Assembly (NCBI GenBank): GCA_031419075.1
Contig: JANOKD010000069.1
Coordinates: 2,313-66,312 of the forward strand
Reading direction: 5' to 3'
DNA from: Lysobacterales bacterium
GTDB lineage: Bacteria; Pseudomonadota; Gammaproteobacteria; Xanthomonadales; Xanthomonadaceae
Length of the DNA: 64,000 bases
In this document: piece after piece, positions 11,225-20,365 of the stretch
How the letters are laid out: each line of letters opens with the position of its first letter
Numbering within the stretch: the first letter of the stretch is position 1
Made by a program: the position numbers and the translations under genes
The notes under the pieces: model-generated
Database searches by the model: none
Seen by the model: only the letters and a program-made list of their open reading frames with translations
Told to the model about the DNA's origin: nothing

Positions 11225-12075
11225 GCGATTCGATCGTGCATGGCGATGCGGGCAAGGTGTTCGGCCGTTACCTCGACCGCGCCGTGCGCGATTCTGTGTT
11301 GTTGCGCGCCGACTGGCCGGCGCCGCCGAATGTTCACGCCTGCACCACGCTGCGCCGCGGTCTGAATGTAGGCGTGTCCGAATCGCCGTTCGACACCTTC
11401 AACCTCGGCAATCGCACCGCCGCTGACGGCGACAGTCCCGAAGCCGTCGACACCAACCGCGCCGCGCTGGGATGGATGGCTGAATTGCCTTCGCGGCCGC
11501 ACTGGCTGCGACAGGTGCACGGTGTGTCGGTGCAGCGCTGCGATACGCCGCGTCGCCCGGACGCCACCGATGCCATTGAGCCGGTCGCAGACGCGTCGGT
11601 CAGCTCCACTGCGGAGGTGGTTCTGGCGATCCTCACCGCCGACTGTCTGCCGGTGGTGTTCGCGGCTGACGACGGTCGTGAAGTCGGTGCTGCGCACGCC
11701 GGTTGGCGCGGCTTGGCCAACGGTGTGCTGGAGGCGACGGTGGCCGCGATGCGCACACCGGCCGACCGCATCATGGCCTGGCTCGGCCCCGCCGCCGGGC
11801 CGCAGATGTATGAAATCGGCGAAGAGGTGTATCGCGCATTCGTTGTTGGTCATTCCGGTGTTGGCGATGCGCGTGCACAGACCGCATTCACGCCCACCCG
11901 CCCCGGCCATTGGCGCGTCGATCTGTATGCATTGGCGCGTCAGCGTTTGAGCGATGTCGGCGTATCGCGCGTATTTGGCGGCGACCTGTGCACGATCTCC
12001 GACCCGCAGCGGTTCTTCTCGCATCGCCGCGATGCTCGCACCGGGCGGATGGCAACGCTGGTGTGGTTCGACTGA
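11221..12075 (+). CDS. pgeF: Peptidoglycan editing factor PgeF (YfiH)
   Basis: QVHG, TADCLPV, HAGWRG, FFSHRRD motifs; GTG start overlaps rluD stop. Confidence 0.92.
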   Translation: MSDSIVHGDAGKVFGRYLDRAVRDSVLLRADWPAPPNVHACTTLRRGLNVGVSESPFDTFNLGNRTAADGDSPEAVDTNRAALGWMAELPSRPHWLRQVHGVSVQRCDTPRRPDATDAIEPVADASVSSTAEVVLAILTADCLPVVFAADDGREVGAAHAGWRGLANGVLEATVAAMRTPADRIMAWLGPAAGPQMYEIGEEVYRAFVVGHSGVGDARAQTAFTPTRPGHWRVDLYALARQRLSDVGVSRVFGGDLCTISDPQRFFSHRRDARTGRMATLVWFD

Positions 12076-12189
12076 GGGTTTTGTCATCGCCACGGTATCG
12101 CGATTGTTCAAACGGGCGCCGGGCGATGCGTTCAATGATGACCCGCCGGCATTGCACGCAGTGCATGATCGCGGCTGGCAGGAGCCGAC

Positions 12190-12633
12190 ATGACCACCAA
12201 TCACAGCGAAGCCTCACTCGCGCCGACGCATGCGGTGATCGTATTCGACGGTGTCTGCGTGCTCTGCAACGGTTGGGTGCGTTTTCTGCTGCGCCATGAC
12301 CACAAACAGCGCTATCGCTTTGCCGCGATGCAGGGCGACAGCGGACGCGGGCTGCTTGCGGCGCATGGGCTCGACCCTGACGATCCGTCTTCTTTTCTAC
12401 TGATCGAATACGACATCAGCGCATCACCAAGAATCTCCACCGACACCGACGCCATGCGTCGCGTGCTGACCGGTCTGGGCGTCGCGTGGCGGCTCGCAGC
12501 GCTGTTCGCGCTGCTGCCGCGCTGGATGCGCGATCCGCTGTATCGCGCGGTGGCCCGCAACCGCTATCGCTGGTTCGGTCGCCACGATACCTGCATGGTG
12601 CCGGACCCCGCACAGGCGCATCGTTTTTTGTAG
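12190..12633 (+). CDS. DCC1-like thiol-disulfide oxidoreductase (DUF393)
   Basis: FDGVCVLCNGWV CxxC motif, RNRYRWFG. Confidence 0.88.
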   Translation: MTTNHSEASLAPTHAVIVFDGVCVLCNGWVRFLLRHDHKQRYRFAAMQGDSGRGLLAAHGLDPDDPSSFLLIEYDISASPRISTDTDAMRRVLTGLGVAWRLAALFALLPRWMRDPLYRAVARNRYRWFGRHDTCMVPDPAQAHRFL

Positions 12634-13055
12634 CGTCGAGTGTCACGTCGCTAGCACTGAAGGCTTATGAAAGTGCGTATGCGCTCAGGCCCAGCGACAC
12701 TCAGATCCGACTGTCGCTGATTCTGCTCTATCAGCAGACCAAACGCTGGAAAGACGCCTACACATTGGCCAGACAGTGGAGCGTTGACGAGCCGGGAAAG
12801 GCCAAGCCCTGGTACCAGATCGGTCGTCTCGCCGCCGAATCCGGACAGTATCTGGCCGAAGGCGAAGCAGCGCTGCGCACCTATCTGAAACTCGGCCGTG
12901 AGACCGGCGACCCCGAGCCCAAGCACGCGCGCTACCGCCTCGGGCAGATTCTCGCCAATGCCGGGCGCAAGGACGAAGCCCGCGCCGAACTGCAGGCTGC
13001 GCTGAAGATCGACCCCAAGTTGGCCGAAGCCGAGGTCGCGCTCGCGGCGCTGTGA
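12634..13055 (+). pseudogene. TPR-repeat protein fragment lacking an in-frame start
   Basis: Frame reads ALKAYESAYALRP...WYQIGRLAA...[31 protein letters not shown]; no ATG/GTG/TTG seen between the DCC1 stop and the TPR region. Confidence 0.6.
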
Positions 13056-13092
13056 TCCGTTCGATGTACCGCCCGTTGGCCCGACCGACGGG

Positions 13093-13119
13093 CTTGGAAT
13101 CCACACCCGCAGCCCTCAT
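13093..13119 (+). promoter_or_regulatory. Putative sigma-32 promoter of clpB
   Basis: CTTGGAA-N13-CCCTCAT resembles CTTGAA...CCCCAT heat-shock consensus. Confidence 0.5.
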
Positions 13120-13165
13120 CCCGTCAGTATCGCGGCTTGGCCGCTCTTCTTGCGGAGTCCAGACC

Positions 13166-15751
13166 ATGCGCATGGACAAACTCACCTCGCGTTTCCAGCA
13201 GGCCATTGCCGACGCGCAGTCGCTGGCCGTTGGCCGTGACCACAATGTCATCGAACCCGTGCACCTGCTGGTCGCGCTGCTCGATCAACAGGGCGGCGGC
13301 ACCCGGCCGTTGCTGGCCCAGTCCGGCGTGAATGTGCCGGTGCTGCGCGAGCGGCTTGGCGAATTGTTGGAAAAGCTGCCGAAAGTCTCCGGGCAGGCCG
13401 GCAGCGTCAACGTCGGCAATGACCTTGCACGATTGCTCAACGTCACCGACAAATTCGCACAGCAGCGCGGCGATGCGTTCATCGCCAGCGAACTGTTCGT
13501 GCTGGCCGCGCTGGACGACGGCGGCGACACCGGCCGTGCGTTTAAAGCCTCGGGGGCGAATAAAAAGACGCTCGACGCCGCCATTGATGCGATGCGCGGA
13601 GGTGAAAAAGTTCAGAGCGAGAATGCCGAGGAACAGCGGCAGGCGCTGGAAAAATACACCATCGACCTGACTGCGCGCGCGGAGTCCGGGAAGCTTGATC
13701 CGGTCATCGGCCGCGATGAAGAGATCCGCCGCACGATCCAGGTGCTGCAGCGCCGCACCAAAAACAATCCGGTGTTGATTGGCGAACCCGGCGTGGGCAA
13801 GACCGCGATTGTCGAAGGTCTTGCCCAGCGCATTATCAACGGCGAAGTGCCGGAAGGTCTGAAGGGCAAGCGCGTGCTGTCGCTGGACATGGGCGCGCTG
13901 ATCGCCGGCGCGAAATTTCGCGGCGAATTCGAAGAACGGCTTAAAGCGGTGTTGAGCGATCTGTCGAAGAATGAAGGCCAGATCATTCTGTTTATCGATG
14001 AACTGCACACGATGGTCGGCGCGGGCAAGGCCGAGGGTTCGATGGACGCCGGCAACATGCTGAAACCCGCGCTGGCTCGCGGCGAGCTGCACTGCATCGG
14101 CGCGACCACGCTGGACGAATACCGGAAATACGTCGAAAAAGACGCAGCGCTTGAACGGCGCTTCCAGAAAGTGTTCGTCGGCGAGCCCAGCGTCGAAGAC
14201 ACCATCGCAATCCTGCGCGGTCTGAAAGAACGCTATGCGGTGCACCACGGCGTCGAGATCACCGACCCGGCGATTGTGGCCGCAGCGACGCTGTCGCACC
14301 GCTACATCGCGGATCGGCAGCTGCCGGACAAGGCGATCGACCTGATGGACGAAGCTGCGTCGCGGATCCGCATGGAGATCGACAGCAAGCCCGAAGAGCT
14401 TGATCGAAAAGAGCGCCGCTTGATCCAGCTGAAAATCCAGCGTGAAGCGCTGAAGAAAGAAAAGGACGAGGCTTCGAAGCAGCGTCTGGCCGATCTTGAA
14501 GCGGAGATCGCCGTGCTGGAACGCGCGTTCAACGATCTGGAGGAAATCTGGAAGGCCGAAAAAGCGGTGGTGCAGGGCACGACTAAGCTGAAAGAACAGG
14601 TTGAGGCCGCCAAGCTCGAACTCGAATCCGCGCAGCGCAAGCAGGATTTCGCAAAGATGAGCGAAATCCAATATGGCCGCATGCCGGAACTCGAAAAACA
14701 GCTCAAAGCCGCTCAGGAGGCCGAAACCCAGGGCTTCACGCTGCTGCAGGACAAAGTCACCGAAGAGGAAATCGCTGAAGTAGTGTCGCGCTGGACCGGC
14801 ATCCCGGTCAGCAAGATGCTGGAAGGCGAGCGCGACAAGCTGCTGAAAATGGAGTCGCTGTTGGGCGCACGCGTGGTCGGTCAAGCCGAGGCGATCAAGG
14901 TCGTGTCCGATGCCGTGCGCCGCACGCGTGCGGGGTTGAGCGATCCGGATCGGCCCAGCGGCTCGTTCCTGTTTCTCGGCCCGACCGGCGTCGGCAAGAC
15001 CGAGCTGTGCAAGGCGCTGGCCGATTTTCTGTTCGACTCCACCGATGCGATGGTGCGCATCGACATGAGCGAATTCATGGAGAAACACGCGGTGAGTCGC
15101 TTGGTCGGCGCACCTCCGGGGTACGTCGGCTATGAAGAGGGCGGTTATCTCACCGAAGCCGTGCGACGCCGGCCGTACAGCGTGATTTTGCTCGATGAAG
15201 TGGAAAAAGCGCATCCGGATGTGTTCAACATTCTGCTGCAGGTGCTGGACGACGGCCGCCTCACCGACGGCCAGGGCCGCACCGTAGATTTCCGCAACAC
15301 CGTCATCGTGATGACCTCGAATCTCGGTTCGCAGATGATCCAGGAGATGTCGGACGACGACAGCGCCGAGAGCTACACCAAGATGAAGGCGGCGGTGATG
15401 GGCGTGGTGCAGGCGCATTTCCGCCCGGAGTTCATCAACAGACTCGACGACATCGTCGTGTTTCACGCTTTGGACAAAGCGCAGATTCGCGAGATTGCGA
15501 AGATCCAGCTGCGCGGGCTCGAAAAGCGGCTGGCGGAGCGCGGCATTCGCATCGCGCTGTCCGAGAAAGCCTTCGATCTGCTCGGCAATATCGGCTTCGA
15601 TCCGGTGTACGGCGCGCGTCCTTTGAAACGCGCAATCCAGCAGCTGCTCGAAAACCCGCTGGCGCAGAAAATACTCGGCGGTGATTACGGCAACGGTGAT
15701 CTGGTGCGCATTGATGCTGAAGGCGGGAAGTTGGTGTTCGGGAAAGCGTGA
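13166..15751 (+). CDS. clpB: ATP-dependent chaperone ClpB
   Basis: MRMDKLT start, GEPGVGKT and GPTGVGKT Walker A motifs, coiled-coil M domain, GARPLKR. Confidence 0.97.
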   Translation: MRMDKLTSRFQQAIADAQSLAVGRDHNVIEPVHLLVALLDQQGGGTRPLLAQSGVNVPVLRERLGELLEKLPKVSGQAGSVNVGNDLARLLNVTDKFAQQRGDAFIASELFVLAALDDGGDTGRAFKASGANKKTLDAAIDAMRGGEKVQSENAEEQRQALEKYTIDLTARAESGKLDPVIGRDEEIRRTIQVLQRRTKNNPVLIGEPGVGKTAIVEGLAQRIINGEVPEGLKGKRVLSLDMGALIAGAKFRGEFEERLKAVLSDLSKNEGQIILFIDELHTMVGAGKAEGSMDAGNMLKPALARGELHCIGATTLDEYRKYVEKDAALERRFQKVFVGEPSVEDTIAILRGLKERYAVHHGVEITDPAIVAAATLSHRYIADRQLPDKAIDLMDEAASRIRMEIDSKPEELDRKERRLIQLKIQREALKKEKDEASKQRLADLEAEIAVLERAFNDLEEIWKAEKAVVQGTTKLKEQVEAAKLELESAQRKQDFAKMSEIQYGRMPELEKQLKAAQEAETQGFTLLQDKVTEEEIAEVVSRWTGIPVSKMLEGERDKLLKMESLLGARVVGQAEAIKVVSDAVRRTRAGLSDPDRPSGSFLFLGPTGVGKTELCKALADFLFDSTDAMVRIDMSEFMEKHAVSRLVGAPPGYVGYEEGGYLTEAVRRRPYSVILLDEVEKAHPDVFNILLQVLDDGRLTDGQGRTVDFRNTVIVMTSNLGSQMIQEMSDDDSAESYTKMKAAVMGVVQAHFRPEFINRLDDIVVFHALDKAQIREIAKIQLRGLEKRLAERGIRIALSEKAFDLLGNIGFDPVYGARPLKRAIQQLLENPLAQKILGGDYGNGDLVRIDAEGGKLVFGKA

Positions 15752-15957
15752 CGATCATGATCCGATACGGCAGCATTCACCTGCGCTGCCGTAGCGGTCA
15801 GACCGAATAACCCTGCCGCGCATCGTGCTGGACATCCGGATGTCATCCAGCAGGGATATCGTAGGTAATCGTGTGCAATTGGTATCGTTTACAGCGATGT
15901 CCGGCCCTGTGCGCTTGATCAGATGTGCTAATTTCATTCAAACCCAAGGAAAGACGC

Positions 15958-16776
15958 ATGCTGCTGGAGAAGGAATTTCCGTTGTTGCCGCAAACACATG
16001 TATGGACGCTGCCGGTCGAGGGCTGTCTCAGCAACGATTGGCAGACTTTCGAACGCCGTTTGCTGGCCGCTGCTGACCGGCGCGGTATGCGTTGCGAATC
16101 GATTGGAACCGCTTTCGACCGTCCGCTGTGGCTGCTGACCGGTCCGCATGTACAGGCGTCTCGCAAGCTGCTGATCGCTTCCGGGTTTCACGGCGAAGAA
16201 TCCGCTGGGCCCTGGGCGGTGCTCCGGGTGCTGGAAACAGGCGATTCAAGCCTGTTCGCCGAGGCGGACATCAGCTTCATTCCACTGGTGAACGTCAGCG
16301 GTTTCTCCGCTGGCACGCGCTTCAATGCCAGCGGCGAGAATCCCAATCGCGGCTTCCGTCCCGAACTCGACGATGTGCCTGCGAGCGCGGAGGGCCTGCT
16401 GCTGCTCGCGCAGGCCGAGCGTATCGCCGCGCTCGGGCGCCATGGCGTGTTGGCCTGTCACGAGGATATCGATGTCGCCGGCGGTTACGTTTACGCTTAC
16501 GAGCGTGCTGATGCGCCAGGGCGTCTTGGCGTCGCCCTGCGCGAGGCCAATGCGGCGTTCTTCGCATGTCACCCCGACGGTGTCGTGGACGGCTGCACGG
16601 TGCGCGATGGCATCGTGTTCAATCATTACGACAGTTCGTTCGAATCGTGGGCGATGGCGCAGGATGCCGTATGTGCCGCCTGTACTGAAACGCCGGGACT
16701 GCAGCCGATCGAAGCCAGAATCCAGGCGCATGCTGCGATGATCGAGGCGTTCGTGATGCATGCTGGCGTCGGCTGA
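15958..16776 (+). CDS. M14-like zinc carboxypeptidase (succinylglutamate desuccinylase/aspartoacylase-like)
   Basis: HGEE Zn motif (SGFHGEESAG), PLVN, NRGF, CHED, terminal ETP. Confidence 0.7.
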   Translation: MLLEKEFPLLPQTHVWTLPVEGCLSNDWQTFERRLLAAADRRGMRCESIGTAFDRPLWLLTGPHVQASRKLLIASGFHGEESAGPWAVLRVLETGDSSLFAEADISFIPLVNVSGFSAGTRFNASGENPNRGFRPELDDVPASAEGLLLLAQAERIAALGRHGVLACHEDIDVAGGYVYAYERADAPGRLGVALREANAAFFACHPDGVVDGCTVRDGIVFNHYDSSFESWAMAQDAVCAACTETPGLQPIEARIQAHAAMIEAFVMHAGVG

Positions 16777-16799
16777 GCCTGAAACAGCTTTGGGACGAT

Positions 16800-17468
16800 T
16801 CAGTCCTGTGGCGGTGGTTGAGCCTCCAACACCGCCACCCGCGCCTCCAGCGCATCGATCCGCGCAAGCAGTGCGTCCATCGCATCGCGGTCTAATCCAC
16901 GTGCAGACGATCCGGATGATGTTTCGCCATTGCGCTCGGGGATGACCGGCTCACCGCACAGCAGCTGTGCGTAGCGGTCTTCGCGCTGGCCGCCGCCGCG
17001 GGACAGCCGGCGCACCATAGGTATTTCGCGTTCGGCCAGACGCTCCAGGGTGTGGCGCACGTCTTCGATATCGGCGAAACGATGCTGCCGTTCGCTGCGT
17101 GTGATCAGTTCATTCAGCGTCTGCGGTCCGCGCAGCATCAGCAGCGAGAGCAGACAGGTCTGTGCGGGAGTGAGGTCGAGCACTTTGTCCATCCGGTGCA
17201 GGTAGCGCTCACTGCGGGCGCCGTGTTCGGATTTCACCAGGCCGCGGACTTCCATCTGGCGCAGTGCATGGCCGATGTCGCCGACGCTGAGATTTGTCGT
17301 GGGCTCCCGCGCGGTCTTCTGATTGCAGGCCAGCGCCACGTTGTTGAGCGTGAGCGGATAGACATCGGGCGTGGTGGCGGCTTTTTCGATCAGGCTGCCG
17401 AGGATGCGCGCCTCGATCAGCGTCAGGCGCGGTGCGGCGGTGTCGGTCTGTTCTATTGCTGTTTGCAT
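16800..17468 (-). CDS. YceH family protein (DUF480)
   Basis: EARILGSLIEK..TTPDVYPLTLN...ACNQKT.REP, LMLRGPQT, REDRY. Confidence 0.88.
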   Translation of the reverse strand: MQTAIEQTDTAAPRLTLIEARILGSLIEKAATTPDVYPLTLNNVALACNQKTAREPTTNLSVGDIGHALRQMEVRGLVKSEHGARSERYLHRMDKVLDLTPAQTCLLSLLMLRGPQTLNELITRSERQHRFADIEDVRHTLERLAEREIPMVRRLSRGGGQREDRYAQLLCGEPVIPERNGETSSGSSARGLDRDAMDALLARIDALEARVAVLEAQPPPQD

Positions 17469-17621
17469 GATCTTTCCTGCGAGCTGTGGCGGCGATTCTA
17501 CGGCTTGTTGTGAGGTTCATCCGCGAAGGGGCATGCTCGCCGCGGCTCTGACGCGCGATAGCGATGTCTGGCCGGCATGCAGCCATGTACCCATCAGTCT
17601 GCCCATCATTGGAGATTCCCC

Positions 17622-18083
17622 ATGCGAAATACCGACCGAAATGCTGTGCGAAAGACTTCGATCCGCTGTTTGGCGCTGTGTCTTGCGCTGGCCGCGGCAC
17701 CTTCGGCGATGGCTGGAGACCTCACCTGCAAGATGACCTACAGCCTCACCGGGTGGTCCGTGTTCTACAAGACCGCGTCCGGCACCGGCAACGTCAGCTG
17801 CAGCAATGGTCAGACCATGTCGGTGAAGATCGATACCAAAGGCGGCGGCCTGACGTTCGGCAAATACAAGATCCGCAATGGCTTTGGCCAATTCGCCAAC
17901 GTCGACGATATTCGCGATGTGCTGGGCAGCTACGCCACCGCCGAAGCGCATGCATCCGCCGACAAAAGCGCGTCCGCTCAAGCGATGACCAATGGCAAGG
18001 TGTCGTTGGCGCTGTCGGGCAAGGGTCAAGGCTGGTCGCTCGGTGTCGCGTTCAGCCGGTTCGCGATTGAAGCCGCAAATTAG
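17622..18083 (+). CDS. Secreted hypothetical protein (DUF992/DUF1134-like)
   Basis: Signal peptide LALCLALAAAPSAMA; GGAG RBS; C..GWS...K..G.V.C pattern. Confidence 0.7.
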   Translation: MRNTDRNAVRKTSIRCLALCLALAAAPSAMAGDLTCKMTYSLTGWSVFYKTASGTGNVSCSNGQTMSVKIDTKGGGLTFGKYKIRNGFGQFANVDDIRDVLGSYATAEAHASADKSASAQAMTNGKVSLALSGKGQGWSLGVAFSRFAIEAAN

Positions 18084-18289
18084 TCGATCTCATCCGCGGC
18101 GAGACTGTTGTTCGCCGCCAGATGGCTGCGTTGAGAATGATCGACGCGGCGTTCGATTTTCGGTGAATGCTGCTGTGCAACATGACAACGTCCTGAAACC
18201 TCTCTAGATTTGGCGCGCCATTCGGTACCGTATTGAAGCGGTGATGTCGTGACTTTTCTCGATGAAGGTGAATTCCCAGGAGGGAGCGG

Positions 18290-19222
18290 ATGAATCGTCG
18301 TATTGTTGGCCGTCTGATGGCGGCTTTTTTCCTGTGCTTGTGTTCGATCGGCGCGCACGCGCAATCGACCTATACCCAAACCAAACATCCAATTGTGCTG
18401 GTGCACGGTCTGTTCGGATTTGACGCGGTGCTTGGCGTTTACGACTACTGGTACGGCATCGGTAACGAGCTGAAGGCCGGTGGCGCCAAGGTCTATACCG
18501 CCAGCGTTTCGGCCAGCAATTTCACCGAAGTGCGCGGCGAGCAGCTGATCCGCGATCTGGACGCGCTGCGCGCAGTGACCGGCAAGCAGAAGTTCAATCT
18601 GATGGGTCACAGCCATGGCGGCCCGACCATCCGTTATGTGGCCTCGGTGCGTCCTGATCTGGTGTCCTCGGTCACGGTGTTGGGCTCGCCCAATACCGGA
18701 GCACCTGCGGCAGATGCCATCAGCACGACGCTTCCGCCAGGCTCGCCGCTGCGTCCGCTTGTCGCCACCTTCGTCAATGCGTTCAGCAGCTTTCTGGGCG
18801 CCCTGTCGGGCAACAGCGATCCGCAGAATGCCTTGGGTGCATTGGCGTCGCTGAGCACGGCCGGATCGACGCGCTTCAACACGCTTCACCCGCAAGGCAA
18901 GCCGACGACGGCCTGCGGCAGCGGCGCCGCGTCGGTCAATGGCATCCGCTATTACTCGCTCAGCGGCACGTCGGTCCTGACGAACATTCTGGACATCAGT
19001 GATCCGGTGTTGGGTGCCGGCAGTGTTTTCTTCGGTTTCGAGCAGAACGACGGCCTGGTCGGGCGTTGTTCCTCGCGCTGGGGCACGGTGCTGCGCGACG
19101 ACTACGGCTGGAATCATGGCGATGAAGTGAATCAATTCCTCGGTCTGCGCGGATTGTTTGCGTCCAGCCCTGCCAGCGTCTTGCGGGCACAGGCGAATCG
19201 TCTGAAAACACTGGGTTTGTGA
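18290..19222 (+). CDS. Secreted triacylglycerol lipase (Pseudomonas/Burkholderia family I)
   Basis: Signal peptide, TKHPIVLVHGLFG, GHSHGG nucleophile, NDGLVGRCSS, NH.DEVNQ. Confidence 0.92.
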   Translation: MNRRIVGRLMAAFFLCLCSIGAHAQSTYTQTKHPIVLVHGLFGFDAVLGVYDYWYGIGNELKAGGAKVYTASVSASNFTEVRGEQLIRDLDALRAVTGKQKFNLMGHSHGGPTIRYVASVRPDLVSSVTVLGSPNTGAPAADAISTTLPPGSPLRPLVATFVNAFSSFLGALSGNSDPQNALGALASLSTAGSTRFNTLHPQGKPTTACGSGAASVNGIRYYSLSGTSVLTNILDISDPVLGAGSVFFGFEQNDGLVGRCSSRWGTVLRDDYGWNHGDEVNQFLGLRGLFASSPASVLRAQANRLKTLGL

Positions 19223-20226
19223 TCAGCACACGCGCCATCTGGCTCGGTGTCGCGGTGCTCTGCATCGCGGCATCGGGTCTGACCTGGTGGGTTACGAAGG
19301 ATGCCGAGCCGTCTTTCGGGGCCGAAATCGCGCAGAGTGAAATGGATTCGGCGGTGAACACATCCGGTGCTTCATCGGTGTCCAGTGCTGCGTCGCCGTC
19401 CTCCGGGTTTGCGCTGGACACCAGTTCTCTGCGCGGCACCGAAGTGGATGGCGGGGTGTCGTTGGATGCGAATGGCAACGTCCTGTTGGATATGCGTCTG
19501 CGACGTCTGTTCGATTACCACCTGAGCCTGATCGGTGAGCGCGATCTGCCGCAGATCCGGCAGCTGCTCCGCGCGCATCTGCTGGGTCGCTATGGTGCGC
19601 AGCATGCAGACACCGTGCTCGATCATTTCGACCGTTACGCCCGCTATCTGCAGCGATTGACCGAAACAAGGATTGGCGACGCCATCGATCCGGAGGAACG
19701 GCTCGCGAAAGTCGCGGCGTTGCGCAGGCAGATGCTCGGCCAAGCGATGGCCAGCGCATTTTTCGCCGAAGAAGAAGCGCTTGCGGCGCTGACGCTCAAG
19801 AGAATGGCGATCGCCCGCGATGCAACGCTCAGCGCCGATCAAAAATCGGAGCTGCTGAGCGACTTGGATCTCGCCGAAAATTATTCGGCCAGGGCGGAGG
19901 CAGACACTGCAGGTGTCGTGACCGATCAGGATCGCCGATTCGATCAAAGTAACGCGACCGCACATCAGCGCGCTGCCGAACGGGAGGCGCTGTGGGGCAA
20001 AGAGGCAGCGGGGCGTCTGGCTCAACTCGACCGGGAGCGCGCGCAATGGGATGGGCGGATCGAAGACTATCTGTTTGCGCGTTCACGCATCGATGCAGAT
20101 CGCACGCTGTCCCCGGTCGCGCGCGCGCAGGCGCTTGCGGCGCTGCGTGCGCAACGGTTCGATGCCGCTGAACAACGGCGTGTCGCTTCGCTGGAAGCGG
20201 TCGGGCAACTGAAGCCGGGCGGTTAG
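19219..20226 (+). CDS. Lipase-specific foldase (Lif)
   Basis: N-terminal TM anchor, SLRGTEVDG, RRLFDYHL; GTG start overlaps the lipase stop. Confidence 0.88.
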   Translation: MISTRAIWLGVAVLCIAASGLTWWVTKDAEPSFGAEIAQSEMDSAVNTSGASSVSSAASPSSGFALDTSSLRGTEVDGGVSLDANGNVLLDMRLRRLFDYHLSLIGERDLPQIRQLLRAHLLGRYGAQHADTVLDHFDRYARYLQRLTETRIGDAIDPEERLAKVAALRRQMLGQAMASAFFAEEEALAALTLKRMAIARDATLSADQKSELLSDLDLAENYSARAEADTAGVVTDQDRRFDQSNATAHQRAAEREALWGKEAAGRLAQLDRERAQWDGRIEDYLFARSRIDADRTLSPVARAQALAALRAQRFDAAEQRRVASLEAVGQLKPGG

Positions 20227-20308
20227 CGTTCGGCGCATTTCAGTCGGCGCGTCTCAGTTCGATTGCGTTCGTGTTTACGGATCTCGTAGAGCCCGTGTCT
20301 TCCGCGAC

Positions 20309-20335
20309 AAAAAAACCCCCCGGCATGCCGGGGGG
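20309..20335 (-). terminator. Rho-independent terminator of the TonB receptor gene
   Basis: CCCCCCGGCATGCCGGGGGG palindrome with A7 on its left. Confidence 0.75.
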
Positions 20336-20365
20336 CTGTCTTTCAGCGAAACCGGAACGATCCGC

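Noticed and set aside
13124-15466. 780-aa minus-strand ORF and similar long antisense ORFs (e.g. 22881-24965, 41789-43729, 39465-41270, 57018-58586)
   Set aside because: They mirror well-supported genes on the opposite strand and lack domain signatures.
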